Below, in pieces: positions 17,080-27,234 of a stretch of DNA of 63,724 nucleotides. This stretch comes from Bacteroidota bacterium (GTDB lineage Bacteria > Bacteroidota > Ignavibacteria > Kapaibacteriales > DASPKH01). Every line of letters starts with the position of its first letter. Within the stretch, counting starts at the first letter, position 1. The translations under genes were made by a program, and so were the position numbers. The DNA is taken from assembly GCA_040386315.1 (NCBI GenBank), contig JAZKFS010000030.1, positions 13,135 through 76,858 of the forward strand. The letters are read 5' to 3'. Under the pieces are notes generated by a model. That model saw only the letters and a program-made list of their open reading frames with translations. It was not told the DNA's origin and did no database searches.

Positions 17080-20000
17080 ATGAAGAATCTTCTCTTTATA
17101 GTTTTTAGTTTTATTGCGTTATCGCTTTTTGGGAGCGCGCAAAGTCTGGATGTATTTAATATTGACGCATCGGGTTTTCCTGTGATAAAGGCGAATTTTT
17201 ATGCTTTTGATAAAGATGGAAAGCAAATATCAACTCTGGCGCCTTCTGATTTTAAGATCACGGAAGATGGGGTAGCACGAACAGTCAAGACTATATCCTG
17301 CCCACCTGTTGCTCCCCCGCGTGCTTTATCCTCAGTGCTTACAATGGATATATCAGGTTCTATGGGTTCGAGATCGGGAAATATATCAAATCTGGAACTT
17401 GCAAAAACTGCTGCCCGTGCGTGGATTGCGGGGTTGCCTCCGGGGCGATCAGAATGTGCTATTACTGCTTTTGATGATAATAATTATTTTATACAGGATT
17501 TTACAAATAATAAACAAAAGTTATTTGATGCTTTACAGAAACTTGGACCAAACGGTGGAACAGATTATAATAAAGGATTCCTGCTCCCACAGGCCGGCGG
17601 CCTTGAGGTGATAAAGCAGGCTAAATATAAGCGTGTTCTTATATTCCTGTCAGATGGAATACCCAACTTTCCACCTGACGAAAATGCAATAGTGGCATTA
17701 GCTAATCAACTTCAGGTAACGGTTTTCTGTGTAACTCTGGGGCTTCGAATGCCAGAAGTTCTTAAAAATATTGCAAATAAGACCGGTGGAGAATGTTATG
17801 AGAATGTTACCACCCAGTCTCAGGCAGAAGATACGTATATAAAAATCCTGAAGGCAGCCTTGGGAGAGGAGCCGTGTGAATTACAGTGGCTGAGTCAACC
17901 AGAGTGTACTACAGAAAGAAATGTGGACTTCTCTATACCTGCTTATAATGCAAGTGCTAAGACAACCTATAATGCACCTAATAATTCTATTGTTACATTA
18001 GAAGTGGAGCCTTCATCTGTTATCAGTATGGGGAGCGTAGTCCCAGGCACATTTAAGGATACGAGTATCATAGTCAGTGTACATAATTCTATGATTCAAA
18101 TCACCGACGTAACAGTATCTAATCCTACATTAACTATTATTGACTATGGGGGATCTCCACCACCATTTATATTACAGGATGGAGAAAATAGAGTATTGAA
18201 AATACGATTTGCTCCTACAGATTCATCAAGGATTTTCGGGAAAATCATTATTGAAAATGATAAATGCAGCCCTGTCTATGCCTATATAGTGGGAGGCTTT
18301 CGTGGCAAAAAATCTGCAAGCCAGCAATTAAAGCTTACTCATCCTAATGGAGGAGAGGTATTTGTAGTTGGAAGTGATACTACAATTACATGGGGTGGGG
18401 TTCCTTTACGAAATACTGTTAAACTTGACTATAGTGCAGACAATGGAAAAAACTGGGAAAGCATCAAAGAAAAAACTATGGGATTCCAACATGAATGGCA
18501 TGTGCCTAATACTGTTAGTGACCAGTGCCTTGTAAAAGTAAGTTCCTATGAAAGTGATAATAACGATTGGGCAAAATCTATTGCTGGGAAAGGCAATTTT
18601 GCCGTTTATTCTAAAATATCGACAATGACTGTTGATGAATTTGGCGATATGTATTTCTGTGGTTTCCTCCAAACTTCTGGTATTGACTTCGGGCATGGTA
18701 CAACCTTAGATATTAATGGGGGAAAAGATTTATTTGTAGCAAAATATAATTCTGACGGGATCATACTTTGGGCTAAATCTATTATTTCAGGTAGTAGTAT
18801 TGTGAATAGAAATATGATCACTGATATTAAAGCGGATAAATTAGGAAATATTTATATTACCGGCCATTTTGAACAAACGCTGGATTTTGGTAATGGGAAC
18901 ACCTTATCAAGATACACTACACTCACCGAGTCTTCGGATTCTTTCCTTGCAAAACTTGATGGTAATGGTAAGACAATATGGGCAAAAGTATTAGGAGGAC
19001 ACTACGGAGCTACTATACAATCATTGTCCATTGGTAAAGACGGTAATATATATATGGGAGGAAGTTCTCACTCTACTGTACTCTATTCGGATAATATCCC
19101 TGTTATTACTAATCCTGGGGTTCAACAAAGCGATGGTTTTATTATTAAATACGATCCTGAAGGAAACGCATTATGGGGAAGACCTATTAGTGGGGACAAA
19201 AATGATTATGCAATGGCTATAACGACTGATACGTTAAACAATAGTTATATCTGTGGTTCATTCTCGTCCAAGAAGCTTACCATAGATAATGGAGTATCAC
19301 TCGTACATTCATTAGAAGACCCTTATAGTACTACAGAAAGTAAGAATAGTTTTATTATAAAATATAACGCTCAGGGTGGGATGATTTGGGGTAAAAAAGC
19401 CGGAACAAGCAACTACGATCATGCATATGATATTGTCACTAATAATAGTGGGGATATTTATTTGAGTGGTCAATTTTACGATACATTGATTACTTTAGGA
19501 AATGGGATCGAACTTACATTTAAAGATAGAAAACCTGCTCAAGGAAAAAATTATTTGGCAAACTATGATAACAATGGTAATATTCTCTGGGCTAAAATAT
19601 CTCCTGTTGCACAATCTATAGCATCTGATTTGGATGGAAATCTCGTTGTTGGCGGACAATTTCAGGGTTTGGCTGAATTTGGGAATGGGGCTATTCTTAA
19701 TGGATATCCGTATAATCCATCTGGCTTTGTTGCGAAGTATACTCCTGAAGGGGATGTTCTTTGGGCAAAGAAAATAAATAGTTTAGATAGTATTGGTAAT
19801 TTTAATGTAACGGCAGTAGCAACCGATGAAAGAAGTAATATTTACTTTGGTGGAGAATATTTTGGGTCTCTCATCAATTTTGATAATGGCATTACTCTTT
19901 CTTCAACAAAAGAAGGCTTCTTTACCGGTAAATATGCCAAAGCTTCTATTGACCAGACTGATACTTCCGACGCAGTATTCTCCATCGTCAAGCCAATAGC

Positions 20001-21327
20001 CACAAGCCAAAACATTGACATGGGGCGCGTCCTCGTCACATCTTCAAAAGATTCCCTCATTCAAAGTTTTATCATCAATACAGGAAGCTATCCTATCCGC
20101 ATTGATGCCATCAATATTACAGGCACAAATGCTTCTGAATTTCAGCTTGTCTCCGGCATCCCGCCTTTTACTATTCCCGTTGGCGAGAAAAAATCTGTTG
20201 AGTTTCGTTTTCGTCCGACAGCTGTTGGCGGGCGCTCGGCTGATCTGTCGGTAATTACGCAGGCGGATACGCTTTATCAGGCAATTATAGGCGAAGGAGT
20301 CAAGCCTGTTATTCAGATAGCTGCATCACTTATTGATTTTGGTGTAATAGAAGTTGGTTCTTTAAAAGACACAACTGTTACAGCGGTTTTAAAAAACATC
20401 GGCGATGTGCCGCTTTCCATCACCAATACACAAATGCTGGGACCTGATAAGGAGCAGTTTGAAATTATTTCTGGTGGCGGAAGTTTTTCGCTGGCAGCAG
20501 GTGCACAACAGACCATGCAGCTTCGATTCTCGCCGAAATATATCGGCCGTACATCAGGGCAGATCGGCTTTGATTATGCAGGCATGGCAGGCGGCCGTCC
20601 GGCAGTCGTGCAGCTTTTTGGCCAGGGAATTGGAGGTATGGTGTATGTTGTGGACGATTCTGCTTATGTCGGCAAAACCTACGATATGAAACTCATGCTC
20701 GGCAAAATAAAACCGTCGAGCATCGCACAAACGTCTGCAACAGCTTTTAAAGCAAAACTCGCCTTTTCAAATACAATTCTGACTCCAACAAAAAAAGCGC
20801 TTTCAGGCAGTACTGTTTTTAAAAGGAGTACTGAAGTAGATACGCTTGAAATAACCAGACAATGGAACTCGCAGTCAAGCGAACTTGCGCGTATTCCCAT
20901 GGTCGCTACACTTGGAGACAGGATTCAAACTGATGTAGAACTCCTCGAATTTGACTGGCTGGATGATGCAGGTAAGAGCATCGGCTACGATACAGAAGTC
21001 CGGAGCGGAGTTTTTAAAACGCTGGGAATCTGCCCTGAAGGCGGCGACCGCCTGTATGACATCGGTGGAACGGCCCAAATGATGATGGTCGCGCCGAACC
21101 CGGTAAATGGTGTTTCTGAAATAACTTTTGAAACTGTCGAGCGCGGCACAACACGTATTATGATAACCGATGTCCTCGGACGGCAGCAGGTTTTAAAAAG
21201 CGGGGATTTTGAAAAAGGAGATCATTCTTTCCAATTCGATACGGAAAACCTCACATCGGGAATCTACATACTCACGATGCAGACGCCGACGCAAATATTC
21301 ACGCAACAGATCATTATCAATAAATAG
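17080..21327 (+). CDS. giant secreted vWA-domain / beta-propeller-repeat (SBBP-like) protein with T9SS C-terminal sorting domain
   Basis: 1415 aa with a signal peptide. vWA MIDAS-like LTMDISGSMGS. Many D.xGNIY..G.F propeller repeats. Two Ig-like ASH/choice-of-anchor-like segments. The C-terminal about 230 aa is paralogous to 23566-25962, ending in a T9SS CTD. Confidence 0.85.
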   Translation: MKNLLFIVFSFIALSLFGSAQSLDVFNIDASGFPVIKANFYAFDKDGKQISTLAPSDFKITEDGVARTVKTISCPPVAPPRALSSVLTMDISGSMGSRSGNISNLELAKTAARAWIAGLPPGRSECAITAFDDNNYFIQDFTNNKQKLFDALQKLGPNGGTDYNKGFLLPQAGGLEVIKQAKYKRVLIFLSDGIPNFPPDENAIVALANQLQVTVFCVTLGLRMPEVLKNIANKTGGECYENVTTQSQAEDTYIKILKAALGEEPCELQWLSQPECTTERNVDFSIPAYNASAKTTYNAPNNSIVTLEVEPSSVISMGSVVPGTFKDTSIIVSVHNSMIQITDVTVSNPTLTIIDYGGSPPPFILQDGENRVLKIRFAPTDSSRIFGKIIIENDKCSPVYAYIVGGFRGKKSASQQLKLTHPNGGEVFVVGSDTTITWGGVPLRNTVKLDYSADNGKNWESIKEKTMGFQHEWHVPNTVSDQCLVKVSSYESDNNDWAKSIAGKGNFAVYSKISTMTVDEFGDMYFCGFLQTSGIDFGHGTTLDINGGKDLFVAKYNSDGIILWAKSIISGSSIVNRNMITDIKADKLGNIYITGHFEQTLDFGNGNTLSRYTTLTESSDSFLAKLDGNGKTIWAKVLGGHYGATIQSLSIGKDGNIYMGGSSHSTVLYSDNIPVITNPGVQQSDGFIIKYDPEGNALWGRPISGDKNDYAMAITTDTLNNSYICGSFSSKKLTIDNGVSLVHSLEDPYSTTESKNSFIIKYNAQGGMIWGKKAGTSNYDHAYDIVTNNSGDIYLSGQFYDTLITLGNGIELTFKDRKPAQGKNYLANYDNNGNILWAKISPVAQSIASDLDGNLVVGGQFQGLAEFGNGAILNGYPYNPSGFVAKYTPEGDVLWAKKINSLDSIGNFNVTAVATDERSNIYFGGEYFGSLINFDNGITLSSTKEGFFTGKYAKASIDQTDTSDAVFSIVKPIATSQNIDMGRVLVTSSKDSLIQSFIINTGSYPIRIDAINITGTNASEFQLVSGIPPFTIPVGEKKSVEFRFRPTAVGGRSADLSVITQADTLYQAIIGEGVKPVIQIAASLIDFGVIEVGSLKDTTVTAVLKNIGDVPLSITNTQMLGPDKEQFEIISGGGSFSLAAGAQQTMQLRFSPKYIGRTSGQIGFDYAGMAGGRPAVVQLFGQGIGGMVYVVDDSAYVGKTYDMKLMLGKIKPSSIAQTSATAFKAKLAFSNTILTPTKKALSGSTVFKRSTEVDTLEITRQWNSQSSELARIPMVATLGDRIQTDVELLEFDWLDDAGKSIGYDTEVRSGVFKTLGICPEGGDRLYDIGGTAQMMMVAPNPVNGVSEITFETVERGTTRIMITDVLGRQQVLKSGDFEKGDHSFQFDTENLTSGIYILTMQTPTQIFTQQIIINK

Positions 21328-21359
21328 CTATAGTCTTTTGAAAGTCTAATTCCATTCTT

Positions 21360-21442
21360 GTAGGGGTGGGTTTAAAACCCGCCCTGCGTCAGAAGATCAC
21401 GCTTGCTGCTCAAAAGAGGACAGGTTTTAAACCTGCCCCTAC
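21360..21442. repeat. palindromic intergenic element (GTAGGGGTGGGTTTAAAACCCGCCC ... GGACAGGTTTTAAACCTGCCCCTAC)
   Basis: Inverted arms, each a self-hairpin. The centre contains CTGCGTCAGAAG (the core on the other strand). Confidence 0.85.
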
Positions 21443-21523
21443 GAAGAAAGAAATCTTTTCGACTTTTAAAAGAACGCTACTACATTTTTAAAACTTTTTA
21501 AAAGATCATCTACTGATTTCAGA

Positions 21524-23530
21524 ATGAAATATTATCAAAAAATCACCAGTATAGTTCTTCTTTCAATTCTCTGCACTTCTTTCCTGTATGCGCAAACCGA
21601 CCGCGCGGCATACGGAATATTCGGCGATGGCGCATATAATCTGCACTCGGCGGATTTTCGTGCGCTGCCGGGTGTGCCGAACTGCTGTGAGCGATTTGGC
21701 TCAGGTCAGGGAGTGGGAATGAATCTTGGCGCAACTGCACTATTCCCACTTTTTAAAGATGTCTTTTTAAATGCACGGCTGGGCTATTCAACACTCGGCG
21801 CAACGCTTGTGCGCTTAGAGCAAACAACTGTAACGGGCAACGTGCCGGGAGAATTTGAACATCGTCTGGAATCCGATATTTCCATTATAAATTTTGAGCA
21901 ACTCGGCGCGTACCGGCTTTTTAAAAACTTTTCCTTTCAGGCGGGACTGAGCATGGGATATGTTTTAAAAACGAATTTCCATCAGCGCGAAACGATCATC
22001 TCACCTGGCAATGGCACATTTTTAAACGAGCAGGCGCGCTATCGCAATGATTCAAGCGGCGAGATCCCCGATGCGAATAATCTTGCAGCAGGAATAGTAG
22101 CAGGCATCAGCTATTCATTGCCTTTAAATGCTTCACGCACACTTTTCCTTGCACCGGAATTATTTGGAACATACGCGCTAACGGATTTCGTCAACGGGCT
22201 GACGTGGAATGGCCATTCTGTGCGGCTTGGAGCGTCGCTGTATTACTCGCCTGCGGCAACGCCAACGGACGTATTGCCACCGGTGGAAATCCCGCCTGCA
22301 ACACCTACGCCAACACCTAAACCGCCAATTGCAACATTACCAGTTCTTAGCGCTGAATTAACTGCTGTTGGCGTGGATACAAGCGGTGTTGAAGTGCCAA
22401 ATGTCACGCTGCGTGTTGAGGAATTTCTATCAACGCGGATGCAGCCGCTCCTGCCGTATATTTTCTTTGATGAGGCCTCTGCTGTACTACCGGAGCGATA
22501 TTCTCTTTTAAAAAATAATGAGACAAACAGCTTTACCATTGATGATCTTTTACGATCAGAAACACTCCCGACGTATTATCATTTGCTGAATATTGTCGGG
22601 CGGCGCATGACGGAAAATCCTGCTGCCACGATCCGTATCGTCGGTTGCAATGATAATGGAGCTGAAAAATCAGATCTAAATCTCTCACAGAAACGCGCTG
22701 AGATTATCCGTAATTATCTTGTATCTGTGTGGAATATTCCTTCCGGGCGAATGACAATTGAAACGCGTAATCTTCCTGAAAATCCTTCTAATATCGCTGA
22801 ACCGGATGGTATTGAGGAGAATCGGCGCGTGGAAATTTACTCAGATGAATGGGAAATTTTAAAACCCGTTATCACCAATGACACTCTCCGCCAGGCAAAT
22901 CCCCCCGTTCTGCGCATACGCTCAAAAGCTACTGCCGAAGCGGGCCTCGCCAACTGGAAGATCAATATTGAGCAATCATCCGGGCTTTTAAAAGAATTCT
23001 CAGGTGAGAATACGATCCGGCCTGTTATTGACTGGAGTATTGGTCATGCTCAAAATAAGCCTGTGCAGAATTCGCAGCCGCTCGAAGTTTCACTTAGTGT
23101 CAGTGATGCTAAAGCGCAGAGCTTTACAACGCAAAAAGTATCGGTTCCGGTGGATTTTATATCGCTTCAGACAAAGCGCCGTGAACGTATCGCCGATAAG
23201 GAAATTGACAGATTCAGCTTAATTCTTTTTGACTTTGATAAGTCCACGCTTGGTACGGCAAATCAACGTATCGCCAATATTATAAAGCCGTATATCAGAC
23301 CAATGTCGAGTCTAACCATAACAGGACATACAGACCGCATGGGTGATGCGCTGTACAATCAGCAGCTTTCAAAAAGTCGAGCGCAGGCAAGCGCCGCTGC
23401 ACTTCAGACAAAGAACGTCCAGATAAACGGCGTTGGCGAGGAAAATCTTTTATTTGATAACACGTTGCCGGAAGGCAGGTTTTATTCAAGGACGGTGAAT
23501 ATTGTGATTGAAACGCCGGTGGGGAAGTGA
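21524..23530 (+). CDS. OmpA-family outer-membrane protein (N-terminal beta-barrel, two OmpA-like domains)
   Basis: 668 aa with a signal peptide. The N-terminal region is rich in beta-strands, followed by a Pro/Thr linker. RIVGCNDN...LSQKRAEIIRNYL...NRRVEIY and ITGHTDRMGDALYNQQLSKSRAQ are OmpA_C motifs. Confidence 0.85.
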   Translation: MKYYQKITSIVLLSILCTSFLYAQTDRAAYGIFGDGAYNLHSADFRALPGVPNCCERFGSGQGVGMNLGATALFPLFKDVFLNARLGYSTLGATLVRLEQTTVTGNVPGEFEHRLESDISIINFEQLGAYRLFKNFSFQAGLSMGYVLKTNFHQRETIISPGNGTFLNEQARYRNDSSGEIPDANNLAAGIVAGISYSLPLNASRTLFLAPELFGTYALTDFVNGLTWNGHSVRLGASLYYSPAATPTDVLPPVEIPPATPTPTPKPPIATLPVLSAELTAVGVDTSGVEVPNVTLRVEEFLSTRMQPLLPYIFFDEASAVLPERYSLLKNNETNSFTIDDLLRSETLPTYYHLLNIVGRRMTENPAATIRIVGCNDNGAEKSDLNLSQKRAEIIRNYLVSVWNIPSGRMTIETRNLPENPSNIAEPDGIEENRRVEIYSDEWEILKPVITNDTLRQANPPVLRIRSKATAEAGLANWKINIEQSSGLLKEFSGENTIRPVIDWSIGHAQNKPVQNSQPLEVSLSVSDAKAQSFTTQKVSVPVDFISLQTKRRERIADKEIDRFSLILFDFDKSTLGTANQRIANIIKPYIRPMSSLTITGHTDRMGDALYNQQLSKSRAQASAAALQTKNVQINGVGEENLLFDNTLPEGRFYSRTVNIVIETPVGK

Positions 23531-23565
23531 TTTTTTAAAAGTGTCTTTTTAAAAGAGTTTTACCT

Positions 23566-25962
23566 ATGAAAAAATTTCTCTTTATACTTTGGTTTGCTAC
23601 ATCGCTAACGGTGTATGCGCAGCAGGCTTTAAAGCTCACATATCCGAATGGCGGCGAGCAGCTTGTAGCCGGAACTGATGTGGAAATTCTGTGGGAAGGA
23701 GTTTCGCCGCAGGATACGGTAGTGCTTGAGTATAGTGTGGATAGTGGAGTGCGGTGGAATAGTATTACAACTAAGGCAACAGGATTGAGATATCTATGGA
23801 ATGTTCCGAATGCTGTAAGTGATAATTGTTTAATACATATTCAAACTCTACCACAGAAAGATATTAACAATCTTTGGGCAAGACAGGCTGGCAGTAATAA
23901 TTATGACATAGGAAAAGATTCAGAAGCGTATAGTGATATGGCTGTCGATGATTCAGGTAATATTTATATCTGTGGAGCTTTTACTGATAAGGTTGATTTT
24001 GGGAATGGAATAATTTTAGAAAGTATCAGCAATACTGATGCTTTAGTTGCCAAATATTCTCCTCAGGGAGAAATTATTTGGGCACGGCAGGCTTCTGGGA
24101 AAGGTGCAAACTATCACAGCAAAATAGTTCTTGATAAACTAGGCAATCTTTACGTTACAGGTGCGCATAAAGGTGATGAAGGATTCAGTTTTGAAAGTGA
24201 TACTTCATTCTCTACAACAGGAGAAATAAACACTTATATTGCCCAATATACCACAGATGGTGAATTTAACTGGGTGAGAAATATTAATGGAATTCGCCAG
24301 GGTGGTACACAATTTGATAAGCGTCCCTTAAGTACCGGATATTTTGGAACAGCTATTGCAGTTGATAGTTCTGGTTATGTTTATTGGTGTGGTTTAGCAC
24401 ACGACCTTTATCAAAAATCTACTTATGATTATAGAGGTTTTGATACAATGTTCGTTTCCAAATTAAATATTAATGGGGAAATAATTTGGAACAGAAAGGT
24501 ATTAGGGGAAGGGGTTTTGACAACTAATATAGCTTTCGACAAAAGGGGAGCATTAATTATAACAGGAAGTTTTTCAGGTGAAGTAAATTTTGACGGTAAA
24601 GTGAAAACTAATTCTGGAGTTTACTGGGACGCTTTTACTGCAAAACTGGATATGAATGGCGATTTTGTCTGGCTGAACACAGTAGACGGTATGTATCACC
24701 AGAACGGAATAGATATAACAACAGATTTAGAGGGCAATGTAATAATAGTTGGGGAGTTTAGTGAAGATACGGATTTTGGTCAAGGTTTTAAACTCAATGT
24801 GAAACAATCTCCATGCATTTTTATTGCCAAATATAACTTGGATGGAATTCTGTTATGGGTAAAATCCATTATCGGCGAAGACGGGTATATAGCAGGAGGA
24901 ATTACTTGTGACACAGCAGATAATATTTTCATATGCAGTACATTTCGAAATATTGCTACAATTGATAATGGTGTAATTGTTACAAGTAATGGGGAAAGGG
25001 ACTTCCTCATTGCAGCTTATAAAGGTTCAGGTGATTACTTATGGGCAAAATCGTTTGGAAGTACAGGAAACGACCATAGTGCTGATATAAAAGTGGATAA
25101 ATACATGAACTTTTATCTCTGTGGCAACTTTACCCAAACAGTGGATTTTAATAAAAATACCCGTCTGACAAGCTTAGGCGTGCATGATGCATTTCTTGTA
25201 AAGTTTTTTGTTGAAGAACAACCAATTCAAACAGATACTTCTGATGGGTTTTTCTCAATTATTAGTCCAGATAAAAACCTGGTGTATATCTCTGATACAT
25301 CTGTTTATGCAGGTAAAAGGGCAAATATTGTAGTACAACTCAATGGCAATAGCAGCATAACCATTGCCCAACAAAAACCAACCGGTTTTAAAGCCCGCAT
25401 TGCATATCAGAATTCTATTCTTACTCCTTTTAAAAAGATTCCCGGTGCAACAGTTTTAAAAGGAAACGGCGTTGATACACTCAATATTACCGGAAACTGG
25501 AACGCCACAAATACTGAACTTGCCTCAATTCCCATCACAGCCACTCTCGGCGACCGCACGGAAACTGCCCTCGAACTGCTCTCCTTCAACTGGCTCAACG
25601 ACGCAGGTGAAATTCTCAATTACAATACAGAACTTCAAGACGGAGTTTTTACAATTCTCGGAATATGCGCCGAAGGTGGCGAGCGGCTTTATGACATCAA
25701 TGGACAGGCCCAGATGATGAGCGTCGCGCCACATCCGGCAAATGGTGTTGTAATAATAAATTTTGAAACGATTGAGCGCGGTGAAACACGATTGATGCTG
25801 ACGGATGTATTGGGACAGCAAACAGTTTTAAAAAGCGGGAATTTTGAAAAAGGCAACTATTCGTTTGAGTTTGATACGGAAAATCTTGCATCAGGAATAT
25901 ATATGCTCACAATGCAAACCCCAACTCAGATTTTTACACAGCAGGTAATTATTCACAAATAG
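23566..25962 (+). CDS. secreted beta-propeller-repeat (SBBP-like) protein with T9SS C-terminal sorting domain; paralogue of 17080-21327
   Basis: 798 aa. The N-terminal LKLTYPNGGE...WNVPNAVSDNCLI module matches an internal module of the 1415-aa protein. It shares the same propeller repeats and the same C-terminal about 230-aa module. Confidence 0.85.
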   Translation: MKKFLFILWFATSLTVYAQQALKLTYPNGGEQLVAGTDVEILWEGVSPQDTVVLEYSVDSGVRWNSITTKATGLRYLWNVPNAVSDNCLIHIQTLPQKDINNLWARQAGSNNYDIGKDSEAYSDMAVDDSGNIYICGAFTDKVDFGNGIILESISNTDALVAKYSPQGEIIWARQASGKGANYHSKIVLDKLGNLYVTGAHKGDEGFSFESDTSFSTTGEINTYIAQYTTDGEFNWVRNINGIRQGGTQFDKRPLSTGYFGTAIAVDSSGYVYWCGLAHDLYQKSTYDYRGFDTMFVSKLNINGEIIWNRKVLGEGVLTTNIAFDKRGALIITGSFSGEVNFDGKVKTNSGVYWDAFTAKLDMNGDFVWLNTVDGMYHQNGIDITTDLEGNVIIVGEFSEDTDFGQGFKLNVKQSPCIFIAKYNLDGILLWVKSIIGEDGYIAGGITCDTADNIFICSTFRNIATIDNGVIVTSNGERDFLIAAYKGSGDYLWAKSFGSTGNDHSADIKVDKYMNFYLCGNFTQTVDFNKNTRLTSLGVHDAFLVKFFVEEQPIQTDTSDGFFSIISPDKNLVYISDTSVYAGKRANIVVQLNGNSSITIAQQKPTGFKARIAYQNSILTPFKKIPGATVLKGNGVDTLNITGNWNATNTELASIPITATLGDRTETALELLSFNWLNDAGEILNYNTELQDGVFTILGICAEGGERLYDINGQAQMMSVAPHPANGVVIINFETIERGETRLMLTDVLGQQTVLKSGNFEKGNYSFEFDTENLASGIYMLTMQTPTQIFTQQVIIHK

Positions 25963-25987
25963 TTTTTGAAAGAAGTTCTTTAAAAGA

Positions 25988-26024
25988 AAACCGGAATAGT
26001 TTTTAAAACTGCTCCGGTTTTTTG
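25988..26024 (+). terminator. intrinsic terminator (same module family)
   Basis: Reads AAAACCGGAATAGTTTTTAAAACTGCTCCGGTTTTTTG. Confidence 0.8.
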
Positions 26025-26198
26025 TTTTTAAAAACATTCCGTAAGTTTGAAACGCGGGTTTTTAAAAGGGACGCCCGTTCTCACAAAAGACGACGTCACC
26101 CTTTTTAAAAACTGCCTCAAAACCTGTTCTTTGTCAAAATTGTTTGTAAATAAAATTCCGCCTATTGTGAGATGTGGCGAAGTAATGGAGTATGTTTT

Positions 26199-26801
26199 AT
26201 GAACAATCTACGACGACGCAATCCTCTGGAAGAACTCAAGATCCAGGCATCAATTCTCCTCAAAGACCTCAATTCCGATGAACCCGAAAAGTTTTTAAAA
26301 GCCACAGCGCGTTTTAAAAATTTGCCGCATTATGCTGAAAAATCAGCAGAAGAAATCGGGCTTTTAAAAAGTGAAATTAAACGCAAACACGTGCTTGCAG
26401 TTTTGGCTGCCGAGCGCGGTTTTAAAACGTGGAGCGAGCTGCGCGATGATATTATCTCGAAGGAATGTCTGCATCGTCCGATGGGCGGCAGCAGCTTTTT
26501 AAATCACTGGTTTGCAAAGTATGACGAAGCGCGTGAGCAGTTGGAAAAGCACGGTGGATATTTGCTTCAGTATCGCGATAGTTATTTTGTGTGCGAGAGT
26601 GGTTATATTAAATTTCTCGGGCTGGATTCTTTTAAAAACGAATGGGAAAAGATCGGTTATGATTGGGTAAAACCCGCCGACAAAAAAGCGTGGGAAGTGA
26701 TCTTTAAAAAGGCAAAAGAAAATTATCTACTTGACCCGGTTTCTTTTAAAAAGAAGGAGTTTTTTAAAACTTTTAAAGCGCGCAACAATGAAAACAAATA
26801 A
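26199..26801 (+). CDS. hypothetical protein
   Basis: About 200-aa ORF, ATG at 26199 (an alternative ATG is at 26172). No family recognised. Overlaps the next gene by 14 nt. Confidence 0.55.
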   Translation: MNNLRRRNPLEELKIQASILLKDLNSDEPEKFLKATARFKNLPHYAEKSAEEIGLLKSEIKRKHVLAVLAAERGFKTWSELRDDIISKECLHRPMGGSSFLNHWFAKYDEAREQLEKHGGYLLQYRDSYFVCESGYIKFLGLDSFKNEWEKIGYDWVKPADKKAWEVIFKKAKENYLLDPVSFKKKEFFKTFKARNNENK

Positions 26802-27159
26802 GGAATTAAAAGCAGAATATAAACTGATGAAATTTCCCACTGGCGTGTACCAGATCCGCAATACAAAAAACGGGAAAATCTTCGTTGACAGTAGCACGCA
26901 GCTCGACAAAGTATGGAATTCAAAACGATTTCAGCTTCAGCTTGGCGGACATCCAAATCGTAGTTTGCAGGCGGATTGGAATACATTTGGCGAAGACGCT
27001 TTTGTGTTTGAAATTCTTGACGAAGTAAGGCAATTGGACGATGAACGCGAGCTTGATTTTAAAAAGGAGGCGGAAGTTTTAAAAGAATTGTTTATTGAAG
27101 AATTGCAGCCGTTTGGCGAGAAGGGTTATAATAATTCACCGAAAAACAGGATTTTTTAA
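26788..27159 (+). CDS. GIY-YIG nuclease-family protein
   Basis: Start at MKTNKELKAEYK. PTGVYQIRNTKNGKIFVDSSTQL plus R....L..G.H.N..LQ.DW...G...F.FE is the small GIY-YIG family pattern. Confidence 0.7.
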   Translation: MKTNKELKAEYKLMKFPTGVYQIRNTKNGKIFVDSSTQLDKVWNSKRFQLQLGGHPNRSLQADWNTFGEDAFVFEILDEVRQLDDERELDFKKEAEVLKELFIEELQPFGEKGYNNSPKNRIF

Positions 27160-27166
27160 AACGCAA

Positions 27167-27206
27167 AAAGCCGGAATAGTTTTTAAAAACTGCTCCGGCT
27201 TTTTTA
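27167..27206. terminator. bidirectional intrinsic terminator (same module family)
   Basis: Reads AAAGCCGGAATAGTTTTTAAAAACTGCTCCGGCTTTTTT, between convergent genes. Confidence 0.8.
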
Positions 27207-27234
27207 CTTTTAAAAACAAGATTTTTAAAAGGAA

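Noticed and set aside
25876-25962. Near-identical C-terminal peptides of the two T9SS propeller proteins, considered as evidence of recent gene conversion.
   Set aside because: The DNA differs at many synonymous positions (for example acgatgcagacgccgacgcaaatattcacgcaacag vs acaatgcaaaccccaactcagatttttacacagcag). The identity is maintained at the protein level, not by recent DNA exchange.
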